Origin: Marsupella aquatica
Lineage: Eukaryota; Plantae; Marchantiophyta
Reading direction: 5' to 3'
Length of the DNA stretch: 64,000 nucleotides
Assembly: GCA_973895155.1 (NCBI GenBank)
Contig: OZ316896.1
Location: 186,001 to 250,000, forward strand
The notes under the pieces were generated by a model. That model saw nothing but the letters and a program-made list of their open reading frames with translations. It was not told where the DNA came from and searched no databases. Both the position numbers and the translations under genes were made by a program. Positions 48,922 to 61,600 of the stretch are shown here, piece by piece (position 1 is the stretch's first letter; each line of letters begins with the position of its first letter).

Positions 48922-50045
48922 TGTCCGGGTGACCGTGTTTTCTGGAAAGAGCATGTTGGCTCTTTTGAAGTTAACCTTGCATGCTCATAAGTTCTACACT
49001 AAAATCAAAATGATAATTCTAGTAACAAGGGTAGTGGGTATTAAGAAAGGTTCAGGTGAAACTAAAATACTGTTAAACCCTACTTCACCATACTTGCGGA
49101 CCAACACAACACGAAAATTAGTTTTCTTACGACATATGATCCTAATATCTCCAAGAGAAAATGAAACAGGAATATCATCCAGACTCCTATTTAGATCCAT
49201 GACTTCAATAAAGGACAAAGATGATGCACTCCCACTCCTCTCAGTACGACACCACTGGGTATATTATTGGCTCATTAGAAACCATAACAGCAGTTGCAAA
49301 CTGAGCTCCAAAATGATAAGTTAGATGTTGCCTCATAGATGGTTTGTCTAAAAGATGGACTCTAATCAAAAACGGATTACAAAGGGGAAGATCAGGGATA
49401 ACTCTCTCTCCTGGATTCATGATGGCTCTCCTATTCCTTTGCTATCCGGGCCAAAGGACGCCCCACTACTATGTTCAAGGCACAAAAGAGCTTCACAACC
49501 TTGAATGATAAACACTGCGGAATGAGGGGAGAGTGCCCCTCACCACTTTATTTATAGTGCACACCAAGTGGGCATGGATCAAGCCCAAGCACTTGGATGA
49601 AGGCCAAGTGTCAAACATCTAATACCTAAGAGTGTGCTAGTACTGTTCATAGTTGGTGAAACTACTTTTAGTAGGTGGAACTACCATGCATTGGTGGAAC
49701 TACTGTGCGTTGGTGGAACTACTATGCGTTGGTGGACCTACTATGCGTTGGTGGACCTACTATGCGTTGGTGGACCTACTGTGCGTTGGTGGACTTACTA
49801 TGCGTTGATAAAACTACTATGCGCTGGTGGACCTACTGTGTGTTGGTAGAACTACTGTGCGTTAGTGAATATTATTGTAGTTGATAGAACTACTCATATG
49901 CATTGGTGGAACTACTATAGTCCGTTAATATAGCTAAAGAAGTTTAATAAAGTCAAAATTTAATAATCTAACTACTAAATTACTTATATAATCTATAGCA
50001 TATTAAAACAAACAATTTTTTATAACTTAAGAGAAAATCACGACA
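48922..50045. mobile_element. 1,124-bp TG..CA insertion (probable solo LTR) with a 4-bp TSD
   Basis: TGTCCGGG...CACGACA flanked by GCGG on both sides; the host ORF rejoins as ..KAAKKAQ.. Confidence 0.8.
49650..49920. repeat. 20-bp minisatellite TGGTGGA(A/C)CTACT(A/G)TGCGT, ~12 units
   Basis: Direct tandem units with no unique spacers. Confidence 0.9.
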
Positions 50046-51917
50046 GCGGCCAAGAAAGCCCAAGATGAGCTGCGGATTAAGCGGCATGAGCTCAACATCA
50101 TGCAGGGGCAATTGGATACCGCGTAGTCTGATAATCAGATTATCAAGGATAAATTGACTCGGACCCAGGATGAGCTGGCCGATTCGATCAAGGAGAAGGA
50201 GAAGTGGAAGCGAGAGCTGAGAGACGCAGAGGAGGCCCACATAGCAGCCAACAATCGGGCCATGGCAGAAACTCAGAGAAGGGAAAGGGCGCTGAAGGGG
50301 GAACTTGAGGATATCCGCGGAGCCCTTGAGCAAAAGGAAGCCGAGTTAGGAAAATCCTATCAGACGATCATTGTGCTATGGCAGGAGCTCGCATCCATGA
50401 CGGCCAGCTTCAAGGCCGACCTCCGTGAGAAAGACAACCAGCTTGATCAGACTTATGCCAAGATGAATAAAATGGAGTCTGAAGTCGTTACGAAGCTCGA
50501 CAAGGAGCTGAGAGCAACCCAAGAGGAGAGGGCTACCTTAAAGAAGGAATTGGAGGAAGCCCAAAAGGAGCGGGAGGAGGTGTGCAAGGACCTGGATGAA
50601 TTGCAGGAGGAGTTGGAGGAAAGCACGTGGAAGATGGAGAACTTACAGCGGCGAGCCGACAACCAAACGGAGCGGCTGAAAAAATAGGCCGCAGTATTTA
50701 AGTGCTTGGCTTCCTCAGGTCCAACTCCAATTGGGGCAACCAAGTTGCCAGGAGTAGTACTGGCCGAAGGATAAGCCGAGACACTTGCACCGGTGCAGGA
50801 GGTAAGTGGCAAGGGGAAGGGGCCAGCTGCCGAAGCAAAGAAGAAGAAGAAGCGGAAACCTTCTGGGTCAGGGAGTAATACGGCTCCTCAAGCCGTTGTG
50901 ACCAAGGAGGTAAACCCAACACCAACCTCCGGCAGGGTCACGGTAGAGGATCCAATTGCCCTAGAAGGCGGGGATGGCAAAACCGAGGCCAGGATACTCG
51001 GTGATGAAGCCAGGGTACCGAATCCACCACTAGAGCATGTCAGGGAGGCCGTGGCCGATGCTGAGGCCGAAGCCAAGGGTGGACCCAGTCAGGCCGATGA
51101 AGAGTTGACTTGGTCCGGAGCAGGTAATCTGTCAGAGGATGGACCTACGGTAGTGGTTGCGGAGGAAGTGTTGGGGGCATCCGATCCATTGAGGACCAGA
51201 CACCGTTGTCATGATGGTGGTGGAGGGCCGCTCCTTTTAAGGAGGGCGGACGTGGAGGGAGGAGGCGTGAGTGAGTAGGGCGGGCTCAGATCTCCAAGCT
51301 TAGATTAGGATCAGGACCAAGGGGCGGCCCTGACACTTAGCTTAGTGGGATTGCGGATCCACTGGTAAGAGCAACACTTGTGCTCCTGCCTCGCTGTACA
51401 TAGATAGATTACAGTTAGGTAGATTAGGCTTACGCTGCAAGGAATTAGGCGGATCCACTACTAGGATAAGTACCTGGGCAGTGGGGAGTTTAGGGCCTTC
51501 TTCCTTAGCAAGTTTTTAGTGCATTAGGGATCAAGTAGTTAAAGAAGCTATCGGTTAGTTATACTGTGACCCTTGTGTATATTCATGTTTCCTCATACCT
51601 AAGAGATGAATAGAGTTGGCCTCACAGCTTAGTTTGCAGATCTTGTATATGAGAAGTACTGTTTGTATGGCAAGTGCATGGTATAACTCACTCAGAAGGA
51701 GTCATTTTGCTGTTTGTGTGTCACATTAACCTGTTTGAAGATTGCCCACATCAACCAAGAAGGGAGTAAGCAAGGTAGTAAGAGTTGGATGTGTCGAGCT
51801 GAGAGAGGTCTTAGCGGCTTACCCAAACCAGTTGGGGATGATTCCGGCGGCGGAATCCAAACATACCTAAAGGAAAACCAAGAGAGGAGGACAAGGGAAG
51901 GCCTAGAATAGGCCGGC

Positions 51918-53262
51918 TATCAACAACTTGCATGAGAACTAATGAGTTATTTACCACTAAATATCTTATAATACTGTCCTTTAATGTCAACCAGGTCCTA
52001 TTGGGGGGTCCTCCTTGGGCATTTATTGCTATCATGTCAAAATACTCACACTCATAGGTAGTTTGGTTTCCGCCACCAGAAATTTAGATTATGCTTGAAA
52101 CTACCTTCAACTCACACACTCTCAACTCTCATCCTTCTCCCATAAAACCCAAATATTCATAGCTGTCACCTATGAACCATCTTCCTTCCCTACCCTAATC
52201 AATGACCTTAGTACTCACTTAAACTTCTTTCATCCCCAAGTCTAACCGATGAGTCTTGACTTGCCTCAAGCTCCTGCCCAAGATCTTCAACCACACATCT
52301 CTAGCTTGTGACCAACTCAATATCTAAGCTTTCTCTTATCACTAACAAAACACTATTAATAACACAACTTCAAAATGCACAATCTTCCACCTCTCAACTT
52401 CAACATAACAAATGCCAAGGCCTTAGATCTTCATCCACTTCTCCATTGGAGCACAATCAACAACCTAGCTTCCTTCAACATAGGTGCATGTACACATCAA
52501 GGTGTGGTTTCAAAGTAAAAGCATTTTACTACACACACAATGAGGTTCATACATGGCACAAACTCCCCATCCAAGCACTACTCCTCAAGCTAGAGCAAGT
52601 ATGTGCAAGAACACAATGGAGGAATGGACATTGGCCTCAAGGAAAACTTCACTTCTTATACAATTCCTACTAAGCTACTACCCCACAAAGTCCAAAATAG
52701 TGGTGTGCACCAAGGCCCAAGTCCACAAAGACCAAAGACCAAGGACCAAGGACCAGGTAGTAGATAGCCCACCAAGGACAAGGTAGTAGATAGCCCACCA
52801 AGGACCAAGGACCCAAGTAGCTCGGTCAATTGGTGAAGTCTTTGCCACCTACCTACCTAGTTAACTTTTAACTATGGTAATTTCATGTTTTTACCTTTTC
52901 TCTAATATCTTGGAAATCTGAAAATATAATGGCTTGAATTATTTTCCTATCCATTGCTATAAGATATTTTCCCTATATTTTGGCATCAAAATTTATTTAT
53001 AGCTATAACTCCTCAACCCTAAGCCAAATTATTATTTTTAGTACATATATTTTCTTGCCCAAGTAAGGTCTAGTTTTGGGTCGGAGGATTCCTGAAATGG
53101 TGTCATCATTTCAAAAATATATTTTTTAAGTCCACAAACTCATAAGAGGCCATATAAACCTTCTCTAACTACTATTTTAACTCTTTATCTACCTTGGACC
53201 TAGAGAGAAAGCACTCACAGTTACTATAAAATTATTGTTTTTAGGTTTTTAGAGGTCTCACA
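51918..53262 (-). mobile_element. Solo LTR (1,345 bp) of another family, chromovirus-like termini
   Basis: On the - strand TGTGAGACC...GTTGATA (terminal CA mutated to TA); TSD CCGGC at 51913-51917 and 53263-53267. Confidence 0.8.
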
Positions 53263-54032
53263 CCGGCTACGTATCTCATGACCCGATGAAGGATCTGTCT
53301 AGTATATGTGAGTAAAGTGTTAATAGTAATAGTAGTAGAAGGAAATTAGCAGCGTCCCATGCCGCTAAACCTCAAAATCGGCCTTGCCAAGAGCAAAACC
53401 TACGAGAATTGGCTTGTGCAGAGGGGTTTCTTGGGTTTAGGGAGCCATGGGATGCACCACAGGAAGCTCTCGGCTAAATCTAGACCGCGGGGTATTAGTA
53501 AATCACAAGTTCCCATGGATTTATGTGCAATTGTTTGAATTGAGTTGGCCTTGTTGCCTAGTTCGCAGACTCTTGCCAACCAAGAAGTTGTGTGTTGTGA
53601 TATTTGTTGCTTGATCGATTTAAGTCAGATAGAGTGAAATTGTTGAGCAAAGTATGATCTCATTGTCTTGATTGGATACTGCCAAATCAAACTCTGAGAG
53701 AAAAGTGAGGTATTGAGAGTGTTAGTCGGTTAAAGTGTGGGTTGAGTCAGTCTAAGAAAGACATTCAGCCAACTTAAGAAATTAAGCCGTAGAGGTACAT
53801 TTTGGGGCGGAATACAAATATACCCGACAAAGTTAAGGAGAAATTAGGTGTCTCTGTAGTGCACGATTCACAAGTCCAGTGAAAGAATTGGTCGAGCCAA
53901 GTGTGGATCAAAGGGTAGGCCGCGTTTCCAAGCCGGATAGCTGCCAAACTCCTAGAAGCCGGACATAAATAAGTGGTTTATGATCGGTTGCTGGTAGTTC
54001 TTGGGGTTAGAGGTGCCAGGAAATGTGCCACA

Positions 54033-54188
54033 GACCCTCTATGGACTAAGCTCAATGAACAGTTTGAGCAAGAGTGTGCTGCATCAGAGGAGTTCAAAGT
54101 CCTTAAGGACAAGATGTTTTGGGTTTTTGATGGAAACCACAGATACACAGCTTGGTCCATAGCTGCTTCTGAGTATCCAGATCAATTG
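54033..54188 (+). pseudogene. Coding fragment with a ParB/Sulfiredoxin-like DGNHR motif
   Basis: DPLWTKLNEQFEQEC..EEFKVLKDKMFWVFDGNHRYTAW, bounded by LTR insertions on both sides. Confidence 0.55.
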
Positions 54189-55049
54189 TGTGACGCCGCC
54201 AACACAATTGGTGATCAGAAATATGGCTTAATCCATATTTAGCACGTACAAATTAGATGTAGGAATCCGTAGTTATTAGCGTAACAATACAATATTAGGT
54301 AGTCATAATGCTTAGGACAGGTTTGGCAATAATGGGAGTTTATGCTTGGGTTGGCGGCGCGGCACCTGACATACCGCCGGATTAGGAGTGCACGCGTTAT
54401 GGCTGTCAGCCTCGAGTCCGTATAACAATGCCAATATCAAATCTCTGCCATGCTCTGACCCGGACTGGAGGAGTGATCGATAAGCCTCAGGCGTGATAAG
54501 CTTAGCCTATCACAAGCAAGAGGGGCCGATCGATCGATGCACGGCAGGGGTATAAAAGGTGAGCTCATCCCCATCTTTGTTTTACCAGTTCTCTCCTCGC
54601 GCAAGCTTTGAGCTCATCCCCTCTGCACACTTAGTGATTCAGCCAACCCTCGACATCTTGCCATATGTCTATCACGGTTATGTCCAGTTTTGCTATCCGC
54701 TTCTGGTACCAATTCTTATGCATTGGTAATCATCTTGCGGCCTCACTTGCCAAGCACAACCTGCAACAATACAAAGCCATAAGGCATTACAAATGGCTTA
54801 TCCATTTGAACAAGCGCTCTCATTACGGGTCTCATTACAACAACAACGGCCTCAACCTTCCATTTGAGAGCAAGTACTGCCAAGAGGCAGAGATTTCTAG
54901 ATTCTTCTTTGAGGGAACTAAGTACCTCAATTTGGAAAGACGCTCCTCCGACTCCCGGATAAGATTTTCAAGATCCCTAACATAGTGGACTTACAGCGAC
55001 ATCACTTTGTAAAGTGGTGCAAGGATCGATTTACTTTGTAAAGTGGTTA
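54189..55049 (+). mobile_element. Probable LTR fragment, interrupted by a CACTA end
   Basis: Starts TGTGACGCC like the 40709 solo LTR; TATAAAAG at 54551; no matching end seen. Confidence 0.45.
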
Positions 55050-58000
55050 CACTAGTAGAAACCGGGGCCATTTAGACCATACCTTATAGGACTAAGCCCA
55101 CTAAGTCCTTTTTCCATACTTGAAACGACTCGCTCCCATTGTGCCGGTTTTGTTGAAGACTACAAAAGACTATTAGTGTTATATGGTTCTCTAAAAGACT
55201 ATGAGAAGGGTCCTTGCTACTTTGTGAACGGTGAATAGTCTAGCACTACATGGGTAATGTTCACTTATGTTGAAGAGGGTTAATTCTATAAAGATGGTGA
55301 TAGCAAGGGGCATAACTCATTAGATGGCCTTATTTGTGACCAAAAAGGTTCATGGTTCCAATTACTCCATTGGCCCACTTTCTCCATGGTCCCTTAAATA
55401 CTAAATTTCACAAAGTTCACATGAGGAGTTACATTATAATAACAGACCATGGAACCCCCAACAACATGCAATGTGGGTGAAATGAAAACATTTAGGCTCT
55501 TAATGAACATGGTTGGGCACAAGTGACTACATTGGGCCTAAGTTGTTAGGAGTTGTTTTGTACTTGGGGTAGGAGAGTGGATGTTATGTGCACCACATCC
55601 AAGTTTAGGGATGAGGGTAAATATGCCAACCCTTCAAAAATGTCTTGTCCCCTTGTGTCTCATATAGTACCCAACTATGTCCATGTGGATTTTGAATGAG
55701 TGATGCTTGACTTAATTACATTGGCCCCGTCTTCTCCATGGTCCCTTTACTTCTGATTATCTTTCAACTCTCAAAACAGGTCACAATTTACCACAATTCA
55801 TTTTGCCTAAATGAATTTTTGGGGTCACACTTAATGCCTCGCCCCACTCAACGGCTCACCCCAACGGTCAATCCTTTTGCCCACATTTTGGCATAGGGTC
55901 CCCTCATTCTCTCTGTAGGGGCACTAACACAACAGCCGGAGGGAGTTTAGGGTCGCACAGTTTAGGGAGACGGGGTGGGAGGATCGGGGTTTTGCAAAGG
56001 GTTTTGCGAGGGAAACGGGGGATTCTTACAAACTTGACCCTCGGTTGTCCTCTGCCAAGCTACAATCAGTGTCTACGGATCGCGAGCTGCTGAGGAGACG
56101 GCCACACTAAGTCTTGGTTTAGTGAGTGTTGGTTAGGGTAGAGCATCGAATGCCTGTCAAATGTTGAGGTTTTGCGCGGCTGCGTACTGTTCCAAGGCTT
56201 TTACAGTCGCAGGACTCTTTGCTTCCGATCTGAGTTGCCCCATTGTTCATTGTCGAGGGCACTCCTGAGTGCTTAGGTTTTGAGTGAGTTGCAGTTCGGG
56301 AGGAGCTGTGATCTGGGGACTGAGGTGCTGAGGGTTTAGCTGAAGGGAGCAGCTGTGATCTGGGAAGGTGTTGCGGTGCCAAGGTCTATCGTAAGGTGAG
56401 GCGATTGCTGCGGAAGTTTAATTGTAGTGTGTCCTTAAGGTTGCCGAGGCATTCAAAGGAGGCGTGAGCAGGGTGGCAATCATTTGCTGCTGCGGAAGGT
56501 GGACATTGGAGTTGTGAAGGCACTGTGGAAGGCAACCACTGCGGAAGGTGGACATTGGAGTTGTGAAGGAGGTCGTGGAGCTTAAAGAGCAGTTGCAGAA
56601 TCGGGAGCCGGTTGTTTGTTAGGAGGAAGCAGTTGACAGTGCTGCCATTGGTTATCAGTGTCATCAGCCAAAGGTTAGTCCCGGCCATGCAGCTGAAAGT
56701 GCGCTTCTTTCAGGTGTCGTAGCATTCTGCCAGCCGGGTGCTTGGACTGCAGAGAAGAGCAGCCACAGTCATTCAGTTCTTCTCCTAGCTCAGCTGCGCA
56801 TTGTCAACCATCGAGCGCTGCTGCGCGCTAGCTGTGAACCCCAAGAGGAGCTGCGACAAGGAGGAGATGCAACCAAGAGGAGATGCAACCAAGAGGAGGA
56901 GATGCGACGAAGAGGAGGTTATTTGGTCTTTTGAAAGACTGTTGTGGGTCCAGGCGGTAACGAGGGGCAGTGAGTGAAACCAGATCGGATGTTCTTGGCT
57001 CAGCGTTGTGAGTTGTGACCTTGCAAGAATGAAATTGCAATATCTTGATATGGAATTTGACCAACGAGGGAGAATTAAAGTAGCGTGAATTATCATTTAG
57101 GACAGAGATGAAATTCTGCTCTCCAAGAATGAGACTGCTGATTTAGGGTTATAAGGCTGCGGTTGTGTCTGGGAAGGAGATTCTGATGCAGGAAGAGAGT
57201 CGTTGAAGCAGCATGTTTGCGTAGGCTGCCAATTGCGTCTAATTGCGCAGACTCTTTACAATTTGTGTCTCTTTATTGTTAGATGGATGGAGCAACATTT
57301 CGAAATGTTAGCAATGTAAGCTCAATTCATCAGTAGCAAAATGATGTCCTCGATCCGGTCCGTACCTTGTTGGGAGGTCTCTTCACGATGATCCTCTAGG
57401 GAATGCCTTGTTCATAGCGGTCTTGTTCTTATTGGTTGTTGGTTTTGGTTCAGGTGAAAAGTGGAGCCCACTTTGGTTGCCGCAAGGTTTTAGGGTCCTT
57501 TTGTGAAAGCAGACAAGCTTTCCTCGCTGAGAGATAACCAGACTTCGTTCAGGTATCGTTTTTCTAGTTTTTTAGAAGGATACGGATTTCACTAGTTGCA
57601 GACGCTTCTGAATCTGTCCTTTTGCTTGTTGGTCACGCCAGCTACGCTCTATGGCTTTTTTTCAACTCATGCTCATATTAGATATTGTAGCTGCAACAGG
57701 GTTCCTCTGAGGTTGTATGTTCATAGAATGAAGACTTAGGCAGTGAAAAATTAATCCGGCAGGCGAGCATTCCCATTCGCGCAGTACTGCCACCAGAAAG
57801 AATTCCTGTCGCGCAGGTTTTTGGTAGGAGGGGATTCAAGAAGTGGGTATGCGAGCTTATACACTGGTGTCTTTGGATTATGGAGTACGTGCTGGAATTG
57901 GAGAAATCAGAAGACGACGTGCAAGATGAGCCACCTACTCGTGTCCCCCTGCGCATCACCGAGCTCAAGATTTCTTCTCGTCGAAACAGCCTTGTATGTT

Positions 58001-58680
58001 GTGTATTTACAATCAATCGGCTTCCGAATTGCAAACCTAAGTAGTTGCTTGTTTTCTTGATGGCAATCTAGGATTGCCTGCCATGGCATATGCTTCCTTA
58101 TATAGCCTATTTTTGTTCCCATATCTCCTGAGGAGGGTTTAAGGGACGACATTGAGCAAACTCATCGTAGGGTGGGTTGGAGATTTGTCATTTGCATAAA
58201 CGTCTGTTCTTTCTCTGGAAGTTATTGATGCCATCCCTCGTCCTAGACCTGTCCTGCCAAGGCGTTGTGCTTGTAGGCTATGACTGACGGCTCACAATGC
58301 GGGATTTTCAAAACTATGAATTCATACGTTCCCGACTTGGCGCTCATGGAACTTGCTCCATTAGCTGTGGACCTTGAAGTCAATTCTAGGGTAAAAACCT
58401 CTGATTTTCTCAACCTGGTCCTTTCTGTTGGATTGTGCTAGCAGGATTCACCAAGGCGGAGAATCGCCACCATTGGTCAGACTGCTCGCCACCCGGATGT
58501 CTACGAGCCGTGTGACGATTCATTTGCTTTAGTGGATGCCCTCTTGGCTGACAAGGTGAACCTCGTGGAGCGGCAACCAAATTTGTGTTTGGAGGTCGGC
58601 TGTGGCAGCGGATATGTAATCACATCGTTAGCCCTGTTGATGGGGTCAGAGTGCAATGCTCACTTTCTAGCCACGGACAT
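55050..58680 (+). mobile_element. Left end of a second CACTA element, possibly Pack-type with captured gene pieces
   Basis: CACTAGTAGAAACCGG at 55050 followed by AAGACTA(C/T) subterminal-like repeats; right end not in window. Confidence 0.6.
58457..58680 (+). pseudogene. N6AMT1: N6AMT1/HemK2/MTQ2 (eRF1 methyltransferase) N-terminal fragment, cut by an LTR insertion
   Basis: RIATIGQTARHPDVYEPCDDSFALVDALLADKVNLVERQPNLCLEVGCGSGYVITSLALL..HFLATDI (VYEP.DDSF plus SAM motif I EVGCGSG). Confidence 0.9.
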
Positions 58681-61600
58681 TGTGGTGCGTCCCATGGCTC
58701 CCTAAACCCAAGAAACCCCCCAGCTCAAGCCGATTCCCGCAGGTTTCGTGCTTGGCGAGGCCGTTTCCGCGGCTTAGCGGCATGGGACGCTGCTAACCTT
58801 CTACTACTACTATTAACATTTTACACACATATACTGGACAGATCCTTCATCGGGTCATGAGATACGTAGCCGGCCTAATATAGGCCTTCCCCTGTCTTCC
58901 CCTGTCTTCTTGTTAGGTATGTTTGGATTCCGCCGCCGGAATGATCCCCAATAGGCTTGGTTAAGCCGCTAAGACCTCTCTCAGCTCGACACATCCAACT
59001 CTCACTCCCCTGCTTACTTTCCTTCCTTCTGTTGATGTGGGCACTCTTCACACAAGTTAATGCGACACACAAATAGCAAAATGACTCATTCTGACTGAGT
59101 CATACCATGCACTTGCCATACAAACAGTACATCTCATACACAAGTTCTGCGAACTAAGCCGTGAGGCCAACTCTATTCAGCTCTTAGGCATGAGGAAACA
59201 TGAATATACACAAGGGTCACTGTATGACTAACCGAGAGCTTCTCGTACTACTTGATCCCAGCCCGGCTGGTGCAAACTAAAAACTTGCTAAAGAAGAGGC
59301 CCTGAGCTCCCCGCTGCCCAGGTACTTATCCTGGTAGTGGATCTGCCATTCTTTGCATCGTAAGCCTAAACTACTTAACAGTAATCTACTTGCCCGAATC
59401 TACCTATGTACAGCAAGGCAGGAGCACAAGTGTTGCTCCTACCAGTGGGACCGCAATCCCACTAAGCTAAGTGTCAGGGCTGCTCCTGGTTCTGATCCTA
59501 ATCCTAAACGTGGAGATCCGCGCCCGCCCTGCCCACTCACGCCTCCTCCCTCCACGTCCGCCCTCCCCAAAAGGAACGGCGCCCTTGCACCGTCACGACA
59601 CCGGTGGTGGATCCTCAATGGACGCCCCCAACACTTCCTCCTCAGCCACTGCCGTTGGTCTGCCTACTGACAGATTACCTGCCCTTGACCGAGTCAACTC
59701 TCCATCGGCCTGACTGGGTCCACCTTCGGCTTCAGCCTCGACACCGGCCTCGGCAATACCCACGGCTTCGGCCTCAGCCACTCCCACGGCTTCGGCCTCC
59801 CCTTCCCCTAGGGTAGTTGGATCCTTAGCCGTGACCCTGTCTGGGGTCGGTGCTGGGTCTACCTCCTTGATCACCACGGCCTGTGAAGTCGTATTACTCC
59901 TTGACCCTGAAGGTTTCCGCTTCTTCTTCGTTGGTGGCTCGGCAGCTGGTCCCTTCCCCTTCCCACTTACTTCCGGCACTGGTGCAGTTGACGCGGCTTG
60001 TCCTTCGGCAATTACCACCCCTGGTAACTGGTTTGTCCCAACGGGAGATGGACCTGCTGCAACTAAGCTTTTAAATACTGCGGCTTGTTTCTTCAGCCGC
60101 TCTGTTTGGTTGTCGGCCCGCCGCTGTAGGTTCTCCATCTTCCTCGTGATTTCCTCCAACTCCTCTTGGGTTTCATCCAGGTCCTTACGTGCCCCCTCCA
60201 GCTCGTTTTTGGCCTCCTCCTGCTCCCTGTGGGCTTCCTCCAATTCCTTCTTCAAGGTAGCCCTCTCCTCCTGGGTTGCTCTTAGCTCCTTGTCGAGCTC
60301 TGCAATGATGACAGACTCCATCTGGTTCATCTTGGCGTAAGTCTGTTCGAGCATCTCGTCCTTCTCCCTTAGGTTGGCCTTGAAGCTGGCCGTCAGGGAC
60401 GCAAGCTCCTGCTGCAGCGCCATAATCCCTTGATAGGATTTCCCTAACTCGACCTCCTTCTGCTCAAGGGCTCCGCGGATTTTCTCGAGCTCCCCTTTCA
60501 ACGCCCATTCCTTTCTTTGGGTCTCCGCCATGGCCCGGCTGTTGGCTGTTATGTGGGCCTCCTCTGTATTCTTCAGCTCTTGCTTCCACTTCTCCCTCTC
60601 TTTGATCGTGTCGGCCAACTCTTCCTGCGTCTGAGTCAGTTTATCCTTGATATTCTGATTATCAGCCTGCGCGGTGTCCAACTACCCCTGCATGATGTTC
60701 AGCTCATGTCGTTTAATCCGCAGTTCATCTTGGGCTTTCTTGGCCGCCCTTAGATCTTCAATCTCGGCTTCCATCCTCCTAAGCCGCCGAATGACCTCGT
60801 CCTTCTTGCTTCTCTCTAAAGCCACCGCTTCTTCTAATTGGTGCTTCTCCAACTGCTCCCTATGGAAAAAGGGTCCTACCTCCAACTCCTCTCCAAAGAT
60901 GCCAAGCGCAAGTTCCCCACACATCTCACCATACTCCATGGCTCTATTCTTAGCGTAGGTGGAGTAAGTAGAAGTGATCGGCATCGCCCATCGTGGCCTC
61001 TGCTCCCAAGCCGTCCTGCGGATCTCTTCAATTGTGGCTAGAGGTTTGCTTCCTTTTTCGGCTAGCCGCCTGATGTCCTCCGGCCAATCTCCTCCTGGTA
61101 AATCCTTTTCCTTAGCCAGGGCGGCCTCTTCCTCCTGCTTGATTCGCTCCTGAAATTCCTGCACCGTCTGTTTTATGCCGTCGAAGCTCGGGGGAGCAAC
61201 ATCTGGTGGGGGAGACTCAGGGCTACTCTGCTGGTTGGGGTCCCCTCGCACTACCCTTGGAAGTGTGGGGACAAACCGGCCACAGGTCCTTACTCCTGGA
61301 ACGTGATGGTCCGACCCATAGCCGGAATTATCATGGCTGCAGTCCTCCACTGCCTCCTCTACCTCTTGGGTTTCCGGCTTCTCCCTCTCCTCTTCGTCGG
61401 TAGGAGCTTCAGGCAATTCTGCCTCAGATTCGGAGCTTGAGGTTCCCACGTACATTCGAACACCTGGCTTGGATTCCGGCCTGATTCTCTCCTTGTCTCC
61501 AGCAAAGGGGTTTTCTCTTGTGAGCCGGTGTAGGCCTACCTCTGTAGTAGTGTCCTGCATTGTTGCCGTTGCCGTTGTTGTTGCCGATGCCGATTTCTTT

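Larger units (their letters stand above)
46664..51215 (+). pseudogene. LTR-encoded large ORF, decayed copy
   Basis: MSNVNQAAHFW at 46664; pieces 46848, 47371, 48579, 50154 and 50793 are homologous to the other copies; many stops. Confidence 0.85.
46285..53461 (+). mobile_element. Solo LTR of the ORF-bearing family (subfamily A-like) with two nested insertions
   Basis: TGTGATGCCTAG...GATGCACCACA with perfect TSD GGAAG (46280-46284 and 53462-53466); ~4.7 kb after removing the inserts. Confidence 0.95.
39818..54032 (+). mobile_element. Old diverged LTR of a related ORF-bearing family, hosting several nested insertions; left end lost
   Basis: Degenerate homologue of the LTR ORF at ~40130-46000; U-region homology resumes at 53467 and ends ...GGAAATGTGCCACA at 54032 (compare GGGATGCACCACA). 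Confidence 0.75.

Noticed and set aside
49650-49920. Possible CRISPR array
   Set aside because: Head-to-tail 20-bp units with no unique spacers, no cas genes, eukaryotic context; it is a minisatellite.
51913-53269. Insertion with a 7-bp TSD CCGGCTA
   Set aside because: Better explained as a 5-bp TSD CCGGC plus an LTR terminus mutated from TG to TA.
54665-54985. 106-aa ORF
   Set aside because: No recognisable motif; lies within a probable LTR fragment.
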